DNA of 64,000 nt from a phage. Positions 1 through 10,947 of the stretch are shown one piece after another. Made by a program: the position numbers and the translations under genes. The stretch lies in NCBI GenBank assembly GCA_014161675.1, contig GCA_014161675.1_4760.1; one strand, written 5' to 3'. Position 1 is the stretch's first letter. Each line of letters starts with the position of its first letter. The notes under the pieces were generated by a model. The model saw only the letters and a program-made list of their open reading frames with translations. It had not been told where the DNA came from and made no database searches.

Positions 1-1
1 A

Positions 2-1651
2 GATCTATTATGGATTACGCCAGTACAAGATATTACAAGCGCGGCGATCTCCGGTATCGGTCAAAGCCCTACTGGTATTGTTGAAGGTTCAATGGTATTT
101 GGTTTGGCTTTAGATGAACGTTATTTAAACTGCGTTATTCTTGGTACTATTGCCGGACAATATACAGAGAAACCACTCACTACAGAGGGTTTTTGTGACC
201 CTTCTGGTGCATATCCTCGTTATATTGGTAATGATGTTAATATTCTTGCTCGTGGCGGTATTAACCCAGAAACCGGACAAACAACAAAACCTGATAGTGT
301 CTATATTCGAGATGAAAACACTGGAGTTGCAGTAAATCCAGACGACGAGCCATTAGACCAAATTCCGGTTGATGATAATCCTGATTTTACAATAGAAAAA
401 ATGCTGCGGGGCGATGAGGGATATCGCGAGAAATGGTATCTTGATTCAGAAGGATATCCGACAATAGGCATCGGGCATTTGATCATTTATAAGAAAACCA
501 GTGATCTTGGTATTATCAATAATGAACTTTCTAAGCTGGTAGGGCGTGAAGTTACAAACGGAAGACTTACCGCCGAAGAAGTTAGTAAAGTATTTGCTGA
601 CGATATAGAAAAGACTCGTCGTGATATGCGCAAACATCCACGAATTGCACCTGTCTATAATAAATGTAATGCCTCACGTCGTATGGCATTAGAAAATATG
701 GCGTTTCAAATGGGTGTTGGTGGATTGGGTAAATTTAAGAATAGTCTTGCTGCGATGTTAGCGGAAGAATGGAAACAAGCCTATGATGGATTACGTCAAT
801 CGGTATGGGCTAACCAAACTCCAGGACGCTCCAGCCGTGTTTCTAAAATTATTTTAACTGGTAACTTAGAATCATATGGCGTAATTGCTCCAAAGAAAGA
901 GGAATCAATTTCTGATGATCCGCGAGCACGTTTAAGAAATGCCCGTATTGCGGCCTATAAGACGCAGAGAGCAGAAGAAGACCCAGAAGCACCGTTTACC
1001 CCACAAGACACACGAATCATGTTTAAAGAGCCTAAGAGTTCGTATTCTGCAAGGTATCCTTATAACCATGTGTACGAGTCAGAGAGCGGTCATATTATCG
1101 AGATTGATGATACTCCTTCTCATGAGCGATATCATCGTAAACATCCTTCTGGTACATTTGAAGAAACCAGACCGGACGGAACGAGGGTAGAAAAGATTGA
1201 AGGCGATGATTATCTGATCGTTAAACAAGGCCGGAAAGTAAACGTTAAGGGTAATTTGCAAGTTGTTGTTGAAGGTGACGCGCAAGTTTATTATATGGGT
1301 AATGTGATGCAAACCGTTGATGGTAACGTCACGGAATTTATTCGTGGTAATGTTAATCAGACCGTTGAGGGTACAGCTAATATGCATGTTGTAGGTGATG
1401 TTACCGCTCAGCTTGACGCTAATTTAACGGCTAACGTCAAGGGTAATGCTGAATTAATGATCGAGGGTAACACTACCGAAACAATTAAAGGTAACTATGA
1501 TTTAACCGTTGAGGGTAATTTTAATATGACCGTCAATGGCACGAAATCAGATCAGGTTAATGGTGACTGGTCCCGTAATTGTGGTGCAAGCGTTAAAGAT
1601 ATTGCATCTGGTACAGTTAAAATTGATGGTAGCCGTATTGATCTTGGGTGA
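2..1651 (+). CDS. 5: gp5 baseplate hub / tail lysozyme, 5'-truncated at window edge
   Basis: Frame open from nt 2 with no upstream stop; T4-lysozyme-like segment 'MLRGDEGYREKWYLDSEGYPTIGIGHLI'; C-terminal VxGxxxV beta-helix repeats (GNVMQTVDGNVTEFIRGNVNQTVEG...). Confidence 0.8.
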   Translation, partial: DLLWITPVQDITSAAISGIGQSPTGIVEGSMVFGLALDERYLNCVILGTIAGQYTEKPLTTEGFCDPSGAYPRYIGNDVNILARGGINPETGQTTKPDSVYIRDENTGVAVNPDDEPLDQIPVDDNPDFTIEKMLRGDEGYREKWYLDSEGYPTIGIGHLIIYKKTSDLGIINNELSKLVGREVTNGRLTAEEVSKVFADDIEKTRRDMRKHPRIAPVYNKCNASRRMALENMAFQMGVGGLGKFKNSLAAMLAEEWKQAYDGLRQSVWANQTPGRSSRVSKIILTGNLESYGVIAPKKEESISDDPRARLRNARIAAYKTQRAEEDPEAPFTPQDTRIMFKEPKSSYSARYPYNHVYESESGHIIEIDDTPSHERYHRKHPSGTFEETRPDGTRVEKIEGDDYLIVKQGRKVNVKGNLQVVVEGDAQVYYMGNVMQTVDGNVTEFIRGNVNQTVEGTANMHVVGDVTAQLDANLTANVKGNAELMIEGNTTETIKGNYDLTVEGNFNMTVNGTKSDQVNGDWSRNCGASVKDIASGTVKIDGSRIDLG

Positions 1652-1659
1652 GGTAACTA

Positions 1660-2226
1660 ATGGTTGAAATTCTTCCGATGAGTTCAAAATTGGAGGATAT
1701 CAGCGAGCGAGAAATCTTTGAGGTGGTGTTCTCTTATAAAGCAACGCCACCGGATGCAAATACCACATACACGATTAAAGAGTTTAAGATCAGCGAGTAT
1801 CGCCCTAATAAGGGCGTTACCGTTGAAGAAACTAAAATATCTGGTGAGTATCGGGATAGTTTTTCGCTTGGCGCGGATTCTCTTAAATATATAACGAAAG
1901 ATCGAATTAAAAAATCTGCCGGAAGTTTTGATGATTTACCAGATCCAACTACCGCAGATCTATATTATTTTAACGCTCCTACACGTCTACAGGAGGTTTA
2001 TACTTATAAAGTAACCCTAACCTATATCCAATCTGTTTCAGAGTCTTCTGGTGGTTCTGGTGAAGGAAATATTGGTGGTTCCAATAGCCGAGAGGGTGCT
2101 GGTGAAACTAATCCGCCTCCGGTAGTAACCGAGCACACAATAGAGAAAGTTTATACTCAAACCGTTTTTGGAAATTGGGATGTGTGGAGTAAACAGTTAA
2201 GAGATTATGTACATAGGGGTGTTTAA
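1660..2226 (+). CDS. gp5.1-like protein (position-based)
   Basis: ORF directly after gp5, syntenic with T4 5.1; Gly/Ser-rich segment; no motif recognised. Confidence 0.4.
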   Translation: MVEILPMSSKLEDISEREIFEVVFSYKATPPDANTTYTIKEFKISEYRPNKGVTVEETKISGEYRDSFSLGADSLKYITKDRIKKSAGSFDDLPDPTTADLYYFNAPTRLQEVYTYKVTLTYIQSVSESSGGSGEGNIGGSNSREGAGETNPPPVVTEHTIEKVYTQTVFGNWDVWSKQLRDYVHRGV

Positions 2227-2519
2227 TGGCTGGATTATCCTACGATAAAGCTAAAACTACAGGGCACGGAAACTACCCACCTACGGTAATTAATGCAACT
2301 CAATCTAAGGTATTTGTTGAGGGTATCCCTGTATTAGTCGAAGGAGACCCAATTACACCACATACAAAAACAACAAAGCCTTATGATACACACGGGGGAA
2401 CTACGGTCGCCAGTACCCCGAAAGTATTTGTTACCGGAAAGAAAGCAATTCAAATGGCAGATCGTATTAGCTGTGGCGATACCGTCGCTATGGCATCACC
2501 GAAGGTATTCATAAAATGA
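2226..2519 (+). CDS. 5.4: gp5.4-like PAAR-type spike tip protein
   Basis: 97 aa, same length as T4 gp5.4; start overlaps upstream stop (TAATG); position between 5.1 and gp6. Confidence 0.65.
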   Translation: MAGLSYDKAKTTGHGNYPPTVINATQSKVFVEGIPVLVEGDPITPHTKTTKPYDTHGGTTVASTPKVFVTGKKAIQMADRISCGDTVAMASPKVFIK

Positions 2520-4420
2520 CAAAGCAAAAGATTACACAAATTCCTGATATTTTTAATGCTGCTACATTCGATGAAATTAAAAGCGCATTAACAGACTGGA
2601 TGAGAAACCAGGAAGAATTTAAAGATTTTGATTTTAATGGTGCTGGTATTAACGTATTGATGGACTTGCTCGCATATAACACTCTGTATATTCAGCAATT
2701 CGCTAACGCCGCGCTATATGAATCTTTTATCAGAACGGCAATTAAGCGTAGTTCAGTTGTTCAAGCCGCGCAAGATTTAGGATATTTGCCAGCAAGTAAA
2801 ACTAGTGCATCGACTACAATTATGTTGCACGTAACACATCCTCGAAATCCGGCAAGTATTCGAATCCCACGAGGAACTAAATTTATTGCAAGTGTGGATC
2901 GCCAGACTTCTTACCCGTTTGTGACTACAGAAGACGTTGTGAGCGTTTTAGGTTCAAATGGTTTATATACGCCTATGCTTAAAGTCGCACAAGGTCGTAT
3001 TGTTCGTACAGAAATGTTATTTGATCCGAAGAAACAAATTCTGATCCGCGATCCTGATATTGACCGCGCTCAGGTTAAGTTGTGGGTAGATGGTGCTGAA
3101 TGGAAAGACTGGACGCGAGAAAGTATTGTTAATGCAACTGGCGCTAGTAATATTTTCTATATGCGTGAAACCGTAGACGGACATACTGAAATTTTCTTTG
3201 GTGAGGGTGAATCAACTTTATCTGCCGCTGGCGGTGCACTGGAAGCAAATTATATTGGTGGACTTAAGCCGTCAACTGGTGCTAATATTGTTATCGAATA
3301 TATCAGCACTAAAGGCGCGGAAGCAAACGGTTCAGTTAATTTCACATACGCGGATACATTGGCATCAATTTCTATTGTTAAAATTATTGAGAATCCGACA
3401 AATGATCGTGATTATGTCGGTGCAGATGGTGGTGGTGATCCTGAATCAATCGAACGTATCCGTGAACTTGCTCCGGTAATGCGTGAATCTCAGCGTCGTT
3501 GTGTGACTGCTTCCGACTATGAGGCTTTTGTGTCTAGCCGTTTTGGTAGTATTGTTCAGGCGGTACAATGTTTCACCGACCGAGAAAAACCGGGTTATGC
3601 TTTTGTTGCTGTTAAGCCTAAATCTGGCTTGCGCTTGACAACCGTTCAAAAAGAAGATATGCGGGATTATCTGGCAAAATATAACCTTGCCCCTATCACG
3701 CCGAGCATCATTGACCCTAACTATCTGTATATTAAACAGAATATTAAAGTTTCCTATTCAATCAACGACTTGTCAGAATCAGAGCAGTGGTTGCGCGGTG
3801 CGGTTATTGATCAGATTGATGCATATTATACCGACGAAGTGGAAATTTTTAACCAGACATTTAGTAAGTCTAAAATGCTTGCTCGTATTGACAAAGCTGA
3901 TGTATCTGTGATAGGTTCTAGTGCAGAAATCGAGATGGTGCGAGAGATCGACAACTTCTATAAAGCACCGATGGCGGGAATCAAGTTTTTAAACCAGTAT
4001 AAGAGCGGAATCAAGTCTAGTTCATTCAACTTCGAAAAGGACGACAAGCAATATCCGATCCATTATGTAAGTACAGAAATGAACAAAGAATCCGGTTTAG
4101 CTAAATTGCTGGTTGGACCTTTCCCTGTTGATTCTACAATCGCTTTACCGCACTATTCCGGCACTGATTTTGATAAAGAGGTTATTGACGGGGCGGACCT
4201 ATACTTTGAGGTTGGAGAGGTTCAGCATTATGACGACCTTATTTCATGGGATCTGGGTAAACTGAATATCAATAGCGATCGCTTTACTGGTTCATATATT
4301 GAGTTGACAGCTAAACCGATTGCTGATAACATCTTTACTAAAGACGGTTCTTTGATCGTGTTTGAAAACGATCTCCGTCCTCAGTACACAACTATTAGTC
4401 TGGAGGCAATTGCTCAATGA
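2516..4420 (+). CDS. 6: gp6 baseplate wedge protein
   Basis: 634 aa (T4 about 660); synteny 5.4-6-7-8; start overlaps upstream stop. Confidence 0.8.
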   Translation: MTKQKITQIPDIFNAATFDEIKSALTDWMRNQEEFKDFDFNGAGINVLMDLLAYNTLYIQQFANAALYESFIRTAIKRSSVVQAAQDLGYLPASKTSASTTIMLHVTHPRNPASIRIPRGTKFIASVDRQTSYPFVTTEDVVSVLGSNGLYTPMLKVAQGRIVRTEMLFDPKKQILIRDPDIDRAQVKLWVDGAEWKDWTRESIVNATGASNIFYMRETVDGHTEIFFGEGESTLSAAGGALEANYIGGLKPSTGANIVIEYISTKGAEANGSVNFTYADTLASISIVKIIENPTNDRDYVGADGGGDPESIERIRELAPVMRESQRRCVTASDYEAFVSSRFGSIVQAVQCFTDREKPGYAFVAVKPKSGLRLTTVQKEDMRDYLAKYNLAPITPSIIDPNYLYIKQNIKVSYSINDLSESEQWLRGAVIDQIDAYYTDEVEIFNQTFSKSKMLARIDKADVSVIGSSAEIEMVREIDNFYKAPMAGIKFLNQYKSGIKSSSFNFEKDDKQYPIHYVSTEMNKESGLAKLLVGPFPVDSTIALPHYSGTDFDKEVIDGADLYFEVGEVQHYDDLISWDLGKLNINSDRFTGSYIELTAKPIADNIFTKDGSLIVFENDLRPQYTTISLEAIAQ

Positions 4421-7400
4421 TTAAAGCGCCTAGTGTAACTAGCTTGACAATAGAAAAATTGTCTGCTAATCAGGCGTATATCACATGGGATGACGTAGGC
4501 GAAAACTTCTTTTATTTTGTGGAGTTAGCCGAAACCAGAACACGAGACGGGGAGATCATCCCCGTCGATGAGTTAAGCTGGGTAAACCTGGGATATACTG
4601 CCGACCAAAACTGGTTTGAGGATAAAAACCTTTTTCCAGAATATTATTACAAGTTTCGTGTAGCAGTAGCCGCAGAAGGATTTGAACAAAGTAAATGGGT
4701 TGAAACAGAAGAGTTTCAGACATTTAAAACAAACGCATATAATTTTTCTATGATGCGAGAGTTCAACCTTGCAAACGAGTTTATAAAGGAAAAATTTACA
4801 TACGATAATCGAGAGTATGTCAAGTTTAATACTGACCTGATTCAAGCATCATTAATGAAGGAAGATTTTGTCTTTAGTCCTGAATATGCAAACATGACAA
4901 ATATCTCAAACTACATTGTAGTGGATGAGAACTTTCATGAAATACAGGATCACATAGAAAAAGTTTGTACTGATATAAACCGCACTATGTTAGCGGAAAT
5001 GAACGGTGTTTTGTACCTTTTCGAACGGTTCCAGCCGATCGTGAAAGTGTCAAATGATAAAGGCCAATCATGGAAAGCATACAAGGCTTTTAATGACCGT
5101 GTAGGCAATCCGGTTTCCCGTACATGCGTTTATCAGTCTAAAACCACTACTTACGTTTTAGGATATGACCGAATCTTTTACGGACGACAAGCGAGCGATA
5201 CTCGATGGAGCGCGGACGATGTTCGATTTAGTGATGATACGATCACTTTTGCAAAGGTCGGTGACGAAAACGATTTAGGCTTTGACGTTGAGGTCTTTGG
5301 TGTATTTTCCAGATTAACAGGTGATACCACAAAATACGCCGAAGCTATGGCGTGTAGTGATGACTATTTGTGGGTTGGTGCTAAAGATGTTATTCGCAGG
5401 ATTCGTCTTAAGAATACTCCTGTTGATACCGTACAGGGTTCGCCTACGTTTGGAGAAAAAATATTCGATCCTGATGTTATCCGAGTAACAGGAAATGATA
5501 AAGCTGTCATTCAGAAAATGGATGTGATCGACGGTAAATTGCTTGTATTTGTTACGGGTGAAGTTAAACAGCGTTATCAAGATCCAACTAAACCAGAAAA
5601 CGTTGTTCCGTCAGATGATGCGGGTGTATACTTAATAGGGAGTGATGGTCTGTCTTTTCAGAGAGTATTTGGCAACACTCCGCAGGAAAGGGAATATATT
5701 CAGCATGGGTTCAGTAATATGTCAACCAATGGTGATGAGGTGTTCATAAGCCATTATAATCATCACTTCGAAAGCATTTTACCTGATCCAGAAACTGCCG
5801 AGAAATATGAATTGGGCGAAGCTGTAAAATATTCTCAGGAGCCAACTTATCTAACTGATAAGAAAATACATCAAACTACTTTCAGAGCAAGTTATGATGA
5901 TTTGCGTATTTGGGAGTTAGGACCGCAAGCGTATTATAACGAGGCTGATTATACATGGATGCGTCGAAACGGTGTCCGTGTGTGGATCACAAATGATAAT
6001 CGCCCGTTGGTTGTTTATCCAGAGGTTATCTATACTCAAGAAGTTGATACGTCTGGCATTCTTGACCAAAATAGGGTCAACCGAGAAGTTTATGATAAAG
6101 GGACCGTGACCTGTTATCTTAACAATGTTAAATTTGAAGGATTCAAACAATATGCATCCGGTGTAATGTTCCATAAAAACACAGGAGAGATCATAGGATT
6201 CTATCAATTTAATTATCGTGTTCGTGATCAGGTTGGTGTATATTGGAAACCTACAAATGTAGCATTTGTTGCTGAATTGCAAAATCAGGTTCGAGAGGTT
6301 CCCTGGGTTCCGGTTCACTACGATCGAGAGCAAGATCCAGATTTGCGGCCTTTACTGAATAAGATGACCCCTGATAGCTTTTTACTTGAGAACGAAAATT
6401 TCAGAAAATTCTCTGAATATTATCTGCAATTCTTAAGCGATGGTTCAGGAACATATTATAATAAACTAAAAAATCTGATTAAAAACAAATATCCACGCGA
6501 GAAAGATGCATATGAGTATCTTTGGTCAGAGATGAACAAACGAAACATCTATGCAGATAAAAACAAGCGAGATGCGGTAGTAAGATTCTTTGAATCCCGC
6601 AAATCAGATTTTTATTCCACTAAGGGCGTGGAGGCTTCTTATAAGTTCTTGTTTAAGTTACTTTATAATGAAGATGTGGAAATTGAGGTTGAATCACAAG
6701 CCGGACTAGAGTATGATATTGTTGTTAGTTCAACGAACATTGACGAGGATATCGTAGGTCGCACGATTTATACTCCAACCGGACGGGCTAACGTGACGTA
6801 TCTTGAAAGGGAATATGAAGGTGGTCGCCTACGCTGGCGAGTAACCATTCATAACCTGATCGGGCGGTTCGAAGAAGGTCAAGTGATCAAATCAGAGAAA
6901 ACAGCGTTTGAAGGGATGATCCTTGTTGGTGTACGTGGTAAAGAGTTGTTGAGTAGTTCAATCGACTATATCAACCGCTCACGAAGCCAATACACCATGA
7001 AGATTAAAAGTGCATTGCCAGTTTCGCGCTATGCAAATGATGTAATGCGATTCGTTCATCCTGTCGGCTTTGGGTTTATCGGTGTTACCCTGCTTACAAT
7101 GTTCATTAACAGCGGGTTAAGCATGAAGCACACCGAGACTATAATTCAATCTCTGAAAAATTATAAGTTTGACAGCGGATTGCCTAGCGTGTATCCTGAT
7201 CGGGTGGCAGACCTTGACGTTGACGGAAACATTAAGAAAGACCCGCTTACCGGAAAAGCATTATATTTGACTTCACCTTTAATTGGTGAAGAATTTCCGG
7301 TTCCTCCTGAATATGATCAGGAGAACAGCGAATTGTTCCACGGACTTAAAGCAAGCGAACGAAGATTTGCAATGAGTCCACTGTTTGACCAGTCGGCGGT

Positions 7401-7503
7401 AACATTCTCTATGTTCCGTGAACTTGTAGATAAACGGTTGAAGGATAATATAGGGAATCCACGCGATCCGAAGAATCCGACACAGAGGAAAATTAATGGC
7501 TAA
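4417..7503 (+). CDS. 7: gp7 baseplate wedge protein
   Basis: 1028 aa (T4 about 1032); synteny; translationally coupled to gp6. Confidence 0.8.
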   Translation: MIKAPSVTSLTIEKLSANQAYITWDDVGENFFYFVELAETRTRDGEIIPVDELSWVNLGYTADQNWFEDKNLFPEYYYKFRVAVAAEGFEQSKWVETEEFQTFKTNAYNFSMMREFNLANEFIKEKFTYDNREYVKFNTDLIQASLMKEDFVFSPEYANMTNISNYIVVDENFHEIQDHIEKVCTDINRTMLAEMNGVLYLFERFQPIVKVSNDKGQSWKAYKAFNDRVGNPVSRTCVYQSKTTTYVLGYDRIFYGRQASDTRWSADDVRFSDDTITFAKVGDENDLGFDVEVFGVFSRLTGDTTKYAEAMACSDDYLWVGAKDVIRRIRLKNTPVDTVQGSPTFGEKIFDPDVIRVTGNDKAVIQKMDVIDGKLLVFVTGEVKQRYQDPTKPENVVPSDDAGVYLIGSDGLSFQRVFGNTPQEREYIQHGFSNMSTNGDEVFISHYNHHFESILPDPETAEKYELGEAVKYSQEPTYLTDKKIHQTTFRASYDDLRIWELGPQAYYNEADYTWMRRNGVRVWITNDNRPLVVYPEVIYTQEVDTSGILDQNRVNREVYDKGTVTCYLNNVKFEGFKQYASGVMFHKNTGEIIGFYQFNYRVRDQVGVYWKPTNVAFVAELQNQVREVPWVPVHYDREQDPDLRPLLNKMTPDSFLLENENFRKFSEYYLQFLSDGSGTYYNKLKNLIKNKYPREKDAYEYLWSEMNKRNIYADKNKRDAVVRFFESRKSDFYSTKGVEASYKFLFKLLYNEDVEIEVESQAGLEYDIVVSSTNIDEDIVGRTIYTPTGRANVTYLEREYEGGRLRWRVTIHNLIGRFEEGQVIKSEKTAFEGMILVGVRGKELLSSSIDYINRSRSQYTMKIKSALPVSRYANDVMRFVHPVGFGFIGVTLLTMFINSGLSMKHTETIIQSLKNYKFDSGLPSVYPDRVADLDVDGNIKKDPLTGKALYLTSPLIGEEFPVPPEYDQENSELFHGLKASERRFAMSPLFDQSAVTFSMFRELVDKRLKDNIGNPRDPKNPTQRKING

Positions 7504-8491
7504 TGAAAATAGTGTGATCTATCGCTCAATCATTACTAGTAAATTCAGAACGGAAAAACTTCTGAATTTCTATAATTCTGTAGGCGATGAGGCAAATCAA
7601 ATTACAATTTATGGAACGTTTGGACGTTCGGAGCCGTGGTCAGAAAACGAAAAAGAGGTGGGCTTTGCCCCACCTTATCCGACCGATTCAACGGCTGGTG
7701 TTGTTGACATGTGGACCCATATGATGGGGGCGGTTAAGATTAACAAATCACTTCTTGATGCGGTTATCCCTCGTAAAGATTGGGGTGATACCGGACAGGA
7801 TAACCCGCGCACATTCTTTATCAATGACATTGTTGTTGTCAACTCAGCACCATATAACAGAACTGATGTTGGTAGCGGCTGGATGGTGTATCGCGTAACC
7901 GATGTTCCTGATCGCGGTTACTGCTCGATTTCAAGCATTGACGCTAAAGTAGAGTGTTTGAAGTTGGGCGGAAAGTGGACCCCCACTCATGAATCAATTG
8001 CGCCACCTGTAGGAAAGGGCGATTCTATTGATATGGGTGATGGGTATCGTTGGGAATATCTGTACACAATTCCACCTGATGCGGCGATCAACCGTTGCAC
8101 CAATGAACATATTGTTGTACCGTTCCCCGATGAACTGCGACAAGATCCGGCGCGTTGGGGTTATGACAATGTGATCACCTGGTATAATGACTATAATCTG
8201 CTTTATCGGCTGAAAGTAGTAACTTTGCGTTTTCAGGCTTATATGGACTCTGCGCAATTCCCAACTACCGCGTTAGTGGGTAATACTGGTTTCCGTCAGT
8301 TAAGCATTATCCTTAACCCATTGGAAAAGAAAGCACGCCCTAGCGATCCAGACGTTAAAGCGGTCAAAGATAAGTACCGACCGCAAGACTTAGAGCCACA
8401 CTCAGGCGAAATGATCTACATGGAAAACCGACAACCTATCGTTCGGTCATTAGATCAAACAGAACTTGTTTCTGTATTGTTTGAGTTCTAA
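7496..8491 (+). CDS. 8: gp8 baseplate wedge protein
   Basis: 331 aa (T4 about 334); synteny. Confidence 0.8.
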   Translation: MANENSVIYRSIITSKFRTEKLLNFYNSVGDEANQITIYGTFGRSEPWSENEKEVGFAPPYPTDSTAGVVDMWTHMMGAVKINKSLLDAVIPRKDWGDTGQDNPRTFFINDIVVVNSAPYNRTDVGSGWMVYRVTDVPDRGYCSISSIDAKVECLKLGGKWTPTHESIAPPVGKGDSIDMGDGYRWEYLYTIPPDAAINRCTNEHIVVPFPDELRQDPARWGYDNVITWYNDYNLLYRLKVVTLRFQAYMDSAQFPTTALVGNTGFRQLSIILNPLEKKARPSDPDVKAVKDKYRPQDLEPHSGEMIYMENRQPIVRSLDQTELVSVLFEF

Positions 8492-8502
8492 GTGTATGAT
8501 TT

Positions 8503-8531
8503 AAAAGCCAATTCGAGAGAGTTGGCTTTTT
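8503..8531 (+). terminator. Rho-independent terminator after gp8
   Basis: Hairpin AAAGCCAA-ttcgagagag-TTGGCTTT followed by T-run. Confidence 0.5.
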
Positions 8532-8543
8532 CTATTTTGGGTG

Positions 8544-8571
8544 TTGACAATCTTGTCTGATAAGGTATAAT
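8544..8571 (+). promoter_or_regulatory. sigma70-type (early-like) promoter
   Basis: TTGACA (8544-8549), 16-bp spacer, TATAAT (8566-8571); GGAGGA ribosome-binding site at 8589-8594 before ATG 8601. Confidence 0.55.
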
Positions 8572-8600
8572 GATCACATCTAAACAACGGAGGATAAATT

Positions 8601-8858
8601 ATGGCACGTCGTAAATTTACAGATAATTGTGAAGCAATTCAGGTATCCCCTTGCGGTTGGGATGTGATCGCGAACGGTGAAAAGATCGGAGAGATCATCG
8701 ATCATACTCATTCATCACTAGCCGATTACACCGATGAACTATGGGAGGGTATCAACTTCATGAATGACACTAAACGATTCAAGACTATCGACGAAGCTAT
8801 CTATTTTGTGTATAATCCAACTTTCGGTATGTGGGGTAATAGAAAATGGCACGCGTAA
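8601..8858 (+). CDS. hypothetical protein (cassette gene 1)
   Basis: 85-aa ORF with strong RBS; two Cys near N-terminus; no recognised motif. Confidence 0.5.
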   Translation: MARRKFTDNCEAIQVSPCGWDVIANGEKIGEIIDHTHSSLADYTDELWEGINFMNDTKRFKTIDEAIYFVYNPTFGMWGNRKWHA

Positions 8859-9178
8859 ATATTAAATTGCATTACACAATGAATAAAGCTAAGTTCCCAA
8901 TGCAAAAGCATTACTATGGTCTACGTGCACAAGATCCTAAACTCTATGGTACTCATTGGTTTTGTAAACATGATAACCAATGGCACACATACGAAGAAAT
9001 GCACGAGATGATGAAACAGGGTATTGAATTTAGTTATTCTAATTATGACCATCGTATAACTTGCATTCGAAAATTGAAACGATGGATTCGTAAGAATCCG
9101 CAATTTAAAAACTTTGTGTTCTTTATGTCTCATGTTTATTTGGGGCATAGCGTTACCGTCACAGCAAAGGTTAAATAA
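8846..9178 (+). CDS. hypothetical protein (cassette gene 2)
   Basis: 110-aa ORF; start overlaps upstream stop; His/Cys-rich; no recognised motif. Confidence 0.5.
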   Translation: MARVNIKLHYTMNKAKFPMQKHYYGLRAQDPKLYGTHWFCKHDNQWHTYEEMHEMMKQGIEFSYSNYDHRITCIRKLKRWIRKNPQFKNFVFFMSHVYLGHSVTVTAKVK

Positions 9179-10017
9179 TGGCACGACTTTCTAAACAAGA
9201 ACAAAAATTACACGATCGGGTGATGGAGTTGATTAATTCAGATCGCCCATTGACATATGAAGAAAAAGAATTTTGCTATAATAACTATCATGGCGATGGT
9301 CTAGGCGGTTCAGGTGCATTCTTTACCCCAGAAGGGCTTGCATGGGATTTTACCATCGATGCACATTGCACAGGAAAAGTATTAGATCTTTGTGCTGGGA
9401 TCGGTCGCTTATCTTTTTGTATGTTACATCGTTGTAAGCCAGAAAAGATCGTATGCGTCGAACTCAATCCAGAATTTGCGCGGATTGGCAAGAGACTATT
9501 ACCGGAGGCAGAATGGATCACCAGCGATGTATTCGAATTTGAGTCAAACGAAAAATTCGATGTGGTGATCAGCAATCCACCTTTCGGGAAAATCAATACA
9601 ACCGACACAAAGGATGTATTTGAGTACACTGGCGGTGAGTTTGAATTTAAGGTTATGACATTAGGCCAGAAGTTTGCCGATGTAGGTTATTTTATTGTTC
9701 CTTCTGGTTCCGCTGGTTTTGCTTATTCCGGCAGACCTTATTATGACGGGACCATGAAGTCTAATAAATATCTAAAATGGAGCAAACAAACTGGTTTGGT
9801 GACTTATGCCGGATGTGGGATCGATACATCAATCTATCGCGATGAATGGCATAGTACAAACGTTTTAACAGAAGTGGTTGAGGTTCGGTATTACGAGAAA
9901 GAAGCCGTAGAAGCGCCTAAAACACGTCCTAACGAACAAATAGAAGAAAGTAAGGAGATTACCTTACCGAAACAGGAAAGCGAGTCTGGGACGCTCTCAG
10001 ATTTGTTTGACATTTAA
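9178..10017 (+). CDS. gamma-class amino-methyltransferase (putative DNA N6-adenine MTase)
   Basis: Motif X 'GAFFTPEG', motif I 'VLDLCAGIGRL', motif IV 'VISNPPFG' in order X-I-IV; start overlaps upstream stop (TAATG). Confidence 0.6.
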   Translation: MARLSKQEQKLHDRVMELINSDRPLTYEEKEFCYNNYHGDGLGGSGAFFTPEGLAWDFTIDAHCTGKVLDLCAGIGRLSFCMLHRCKPEKIVCVELNPEFARIGKRLLPEAEWITSDVFEFESNEKFDVVISNPPFGKINTTDTKDVFEYTGGEFEFKVMTLGQKFADVGYFIVPSGSAGFAYSGRPYYDGTMKSNKYLKWSKQTGLVTYAGCGIDTSIYRDEWHSTNVLTEVVEVRYYEKEAVEAPKTRPNEQIEESKEITLPKQESESGTLSDLFDI

Positions 10018-10021
10018 TTAT

Positions 10022-10047
10022 AAGCCGTCCTTGTGGGCGGCTTTTTT
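10022..10047 (+). terminator. Rho-independent terminator after MTase cassette
   Basis: GCCGTCC-ttgt-GGGCGGC hairpin (one G-U wobble as RNA) followed by TTTTTT. Confidence 0.5.
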
Positions 10048-10057
10048 GTATGTATTT

Positions 10058-10065
10058 TATAAATA
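10058..10065 (+). promoter_or_regulatory. T4-type late promoter (TATAAATA) for gp9
   Basis: Exact TATAAATA about 28 nt before gp9 ATG; GAGGAA RBS follows. Confidence 0.45.
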
Positions 10066-10092
10066 ATACATCATAACATGAGGAATTAAACA

Positions 10093-10947
10093 ATGGCACA
10101 AGTTCCAAAGAAAAGAATAGACACAGGTACTGTCGGCAATCCATCGACTGGCGATATCTTATATGATGGCGGTAATAAAATTAACGATAACTTTGATTCA
10201 ATATATGACGCATTTGCTGATCAGAGGTTTAAAGACGTAGACCACGGCGTGGGAAGAATGGTTATTCATGCAACCGGATACTATCAGAAGCATCCACGTC
10301 AAAGCTACGCGGGTTCCGCTGTTGAGATTGGGAGTCTACACGATATCGATACAACTCAAGGCGCACTTATTGCTATTCTACCTAAAGCAAAGGTCGGCGA
10401 GGGTGTTGTATTCATAAATAGTAACGGTAGCCTTTCAACGACGACACCTCTCAATATTCGAACTCAAGCAGGTGATTCTATTAGCGGTTATTCCGGTGAT
10501 GCTACAATAACACAACCATTTTCAAAAGTCACTGTTTGGTGTACTGCCGTTGAAGGTAGTCGCGTAACATGGCGATTGGGTATCGAAAGTATGTTTACCG
10601 ATACAACAACGCCATTAGATAAAACAGTTAACGTAACTGGAGTAGCAACAAACGTTGCTATTGCCGCAAAAACAGAATACGTTTCCATCAAATTATTAAC
10701 TACCGCTAGCAATACATCCGGTTCAAAAATGCGTTCAAGTGAAACGCTACTGATGATTGATTCTAAAGCCGGAAAAGTTTATGCGACGGAATATGCAGTT
10801 TTGCAGAAGACAGAAGATGAACTATACACGGTTCGTTATTTCATCGGTTCCGGCGATAAAGTATATGCAGAGTATAAGGCTACTGGCGAAAATATTCGTT
10901 TAGCAGTTAAAGCCGTAGACACTATTAAAATCGGGGTTGCTACATGA
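10093..10947 (+). CDS. 9: gp9 baseplate wedge / long tail fiber socket protein
   Basis: 284 aa; N-terminal 'GDILYDGGNKINDNFDSIYDAF' and 'IHATGYYQKH' match remembered T4 gp9. Confidence 0.8.
   Translation: MAQVPKKRIDTGTVGNPSTGDILYDGGNKINDNFDSIYDAFADQRFKDVDHGVGRMVIHATGYYQKHPRQSYAGSAVEIGSLHDIDTTQGALIAILPKAKVGEGVVFINSNGSLSTTTPLNIRTQAGDSISGYSGDATITQPFSKVTVWCTAVEGSRVTWRLGIESMFTDTTTPLDKTVNVTGVATNVAIAAKTEYVSIKLLTTASNTSGSKMRSSETLLMIDSKAGKVYATEYAVLQKTEDELYTVRYFIGSGDKVYAEYKATGENIRLAVKAVDTIKIGVAT

Noticed and set aside
141-1387. Short ORFs overlapping gp5 (141-335, 301-486, 446-637, 939-1190, 1079-1387)
   Set aside because: They are embedded in the gp5 coding region in other frames or strands and have no ribosome-binding sites.
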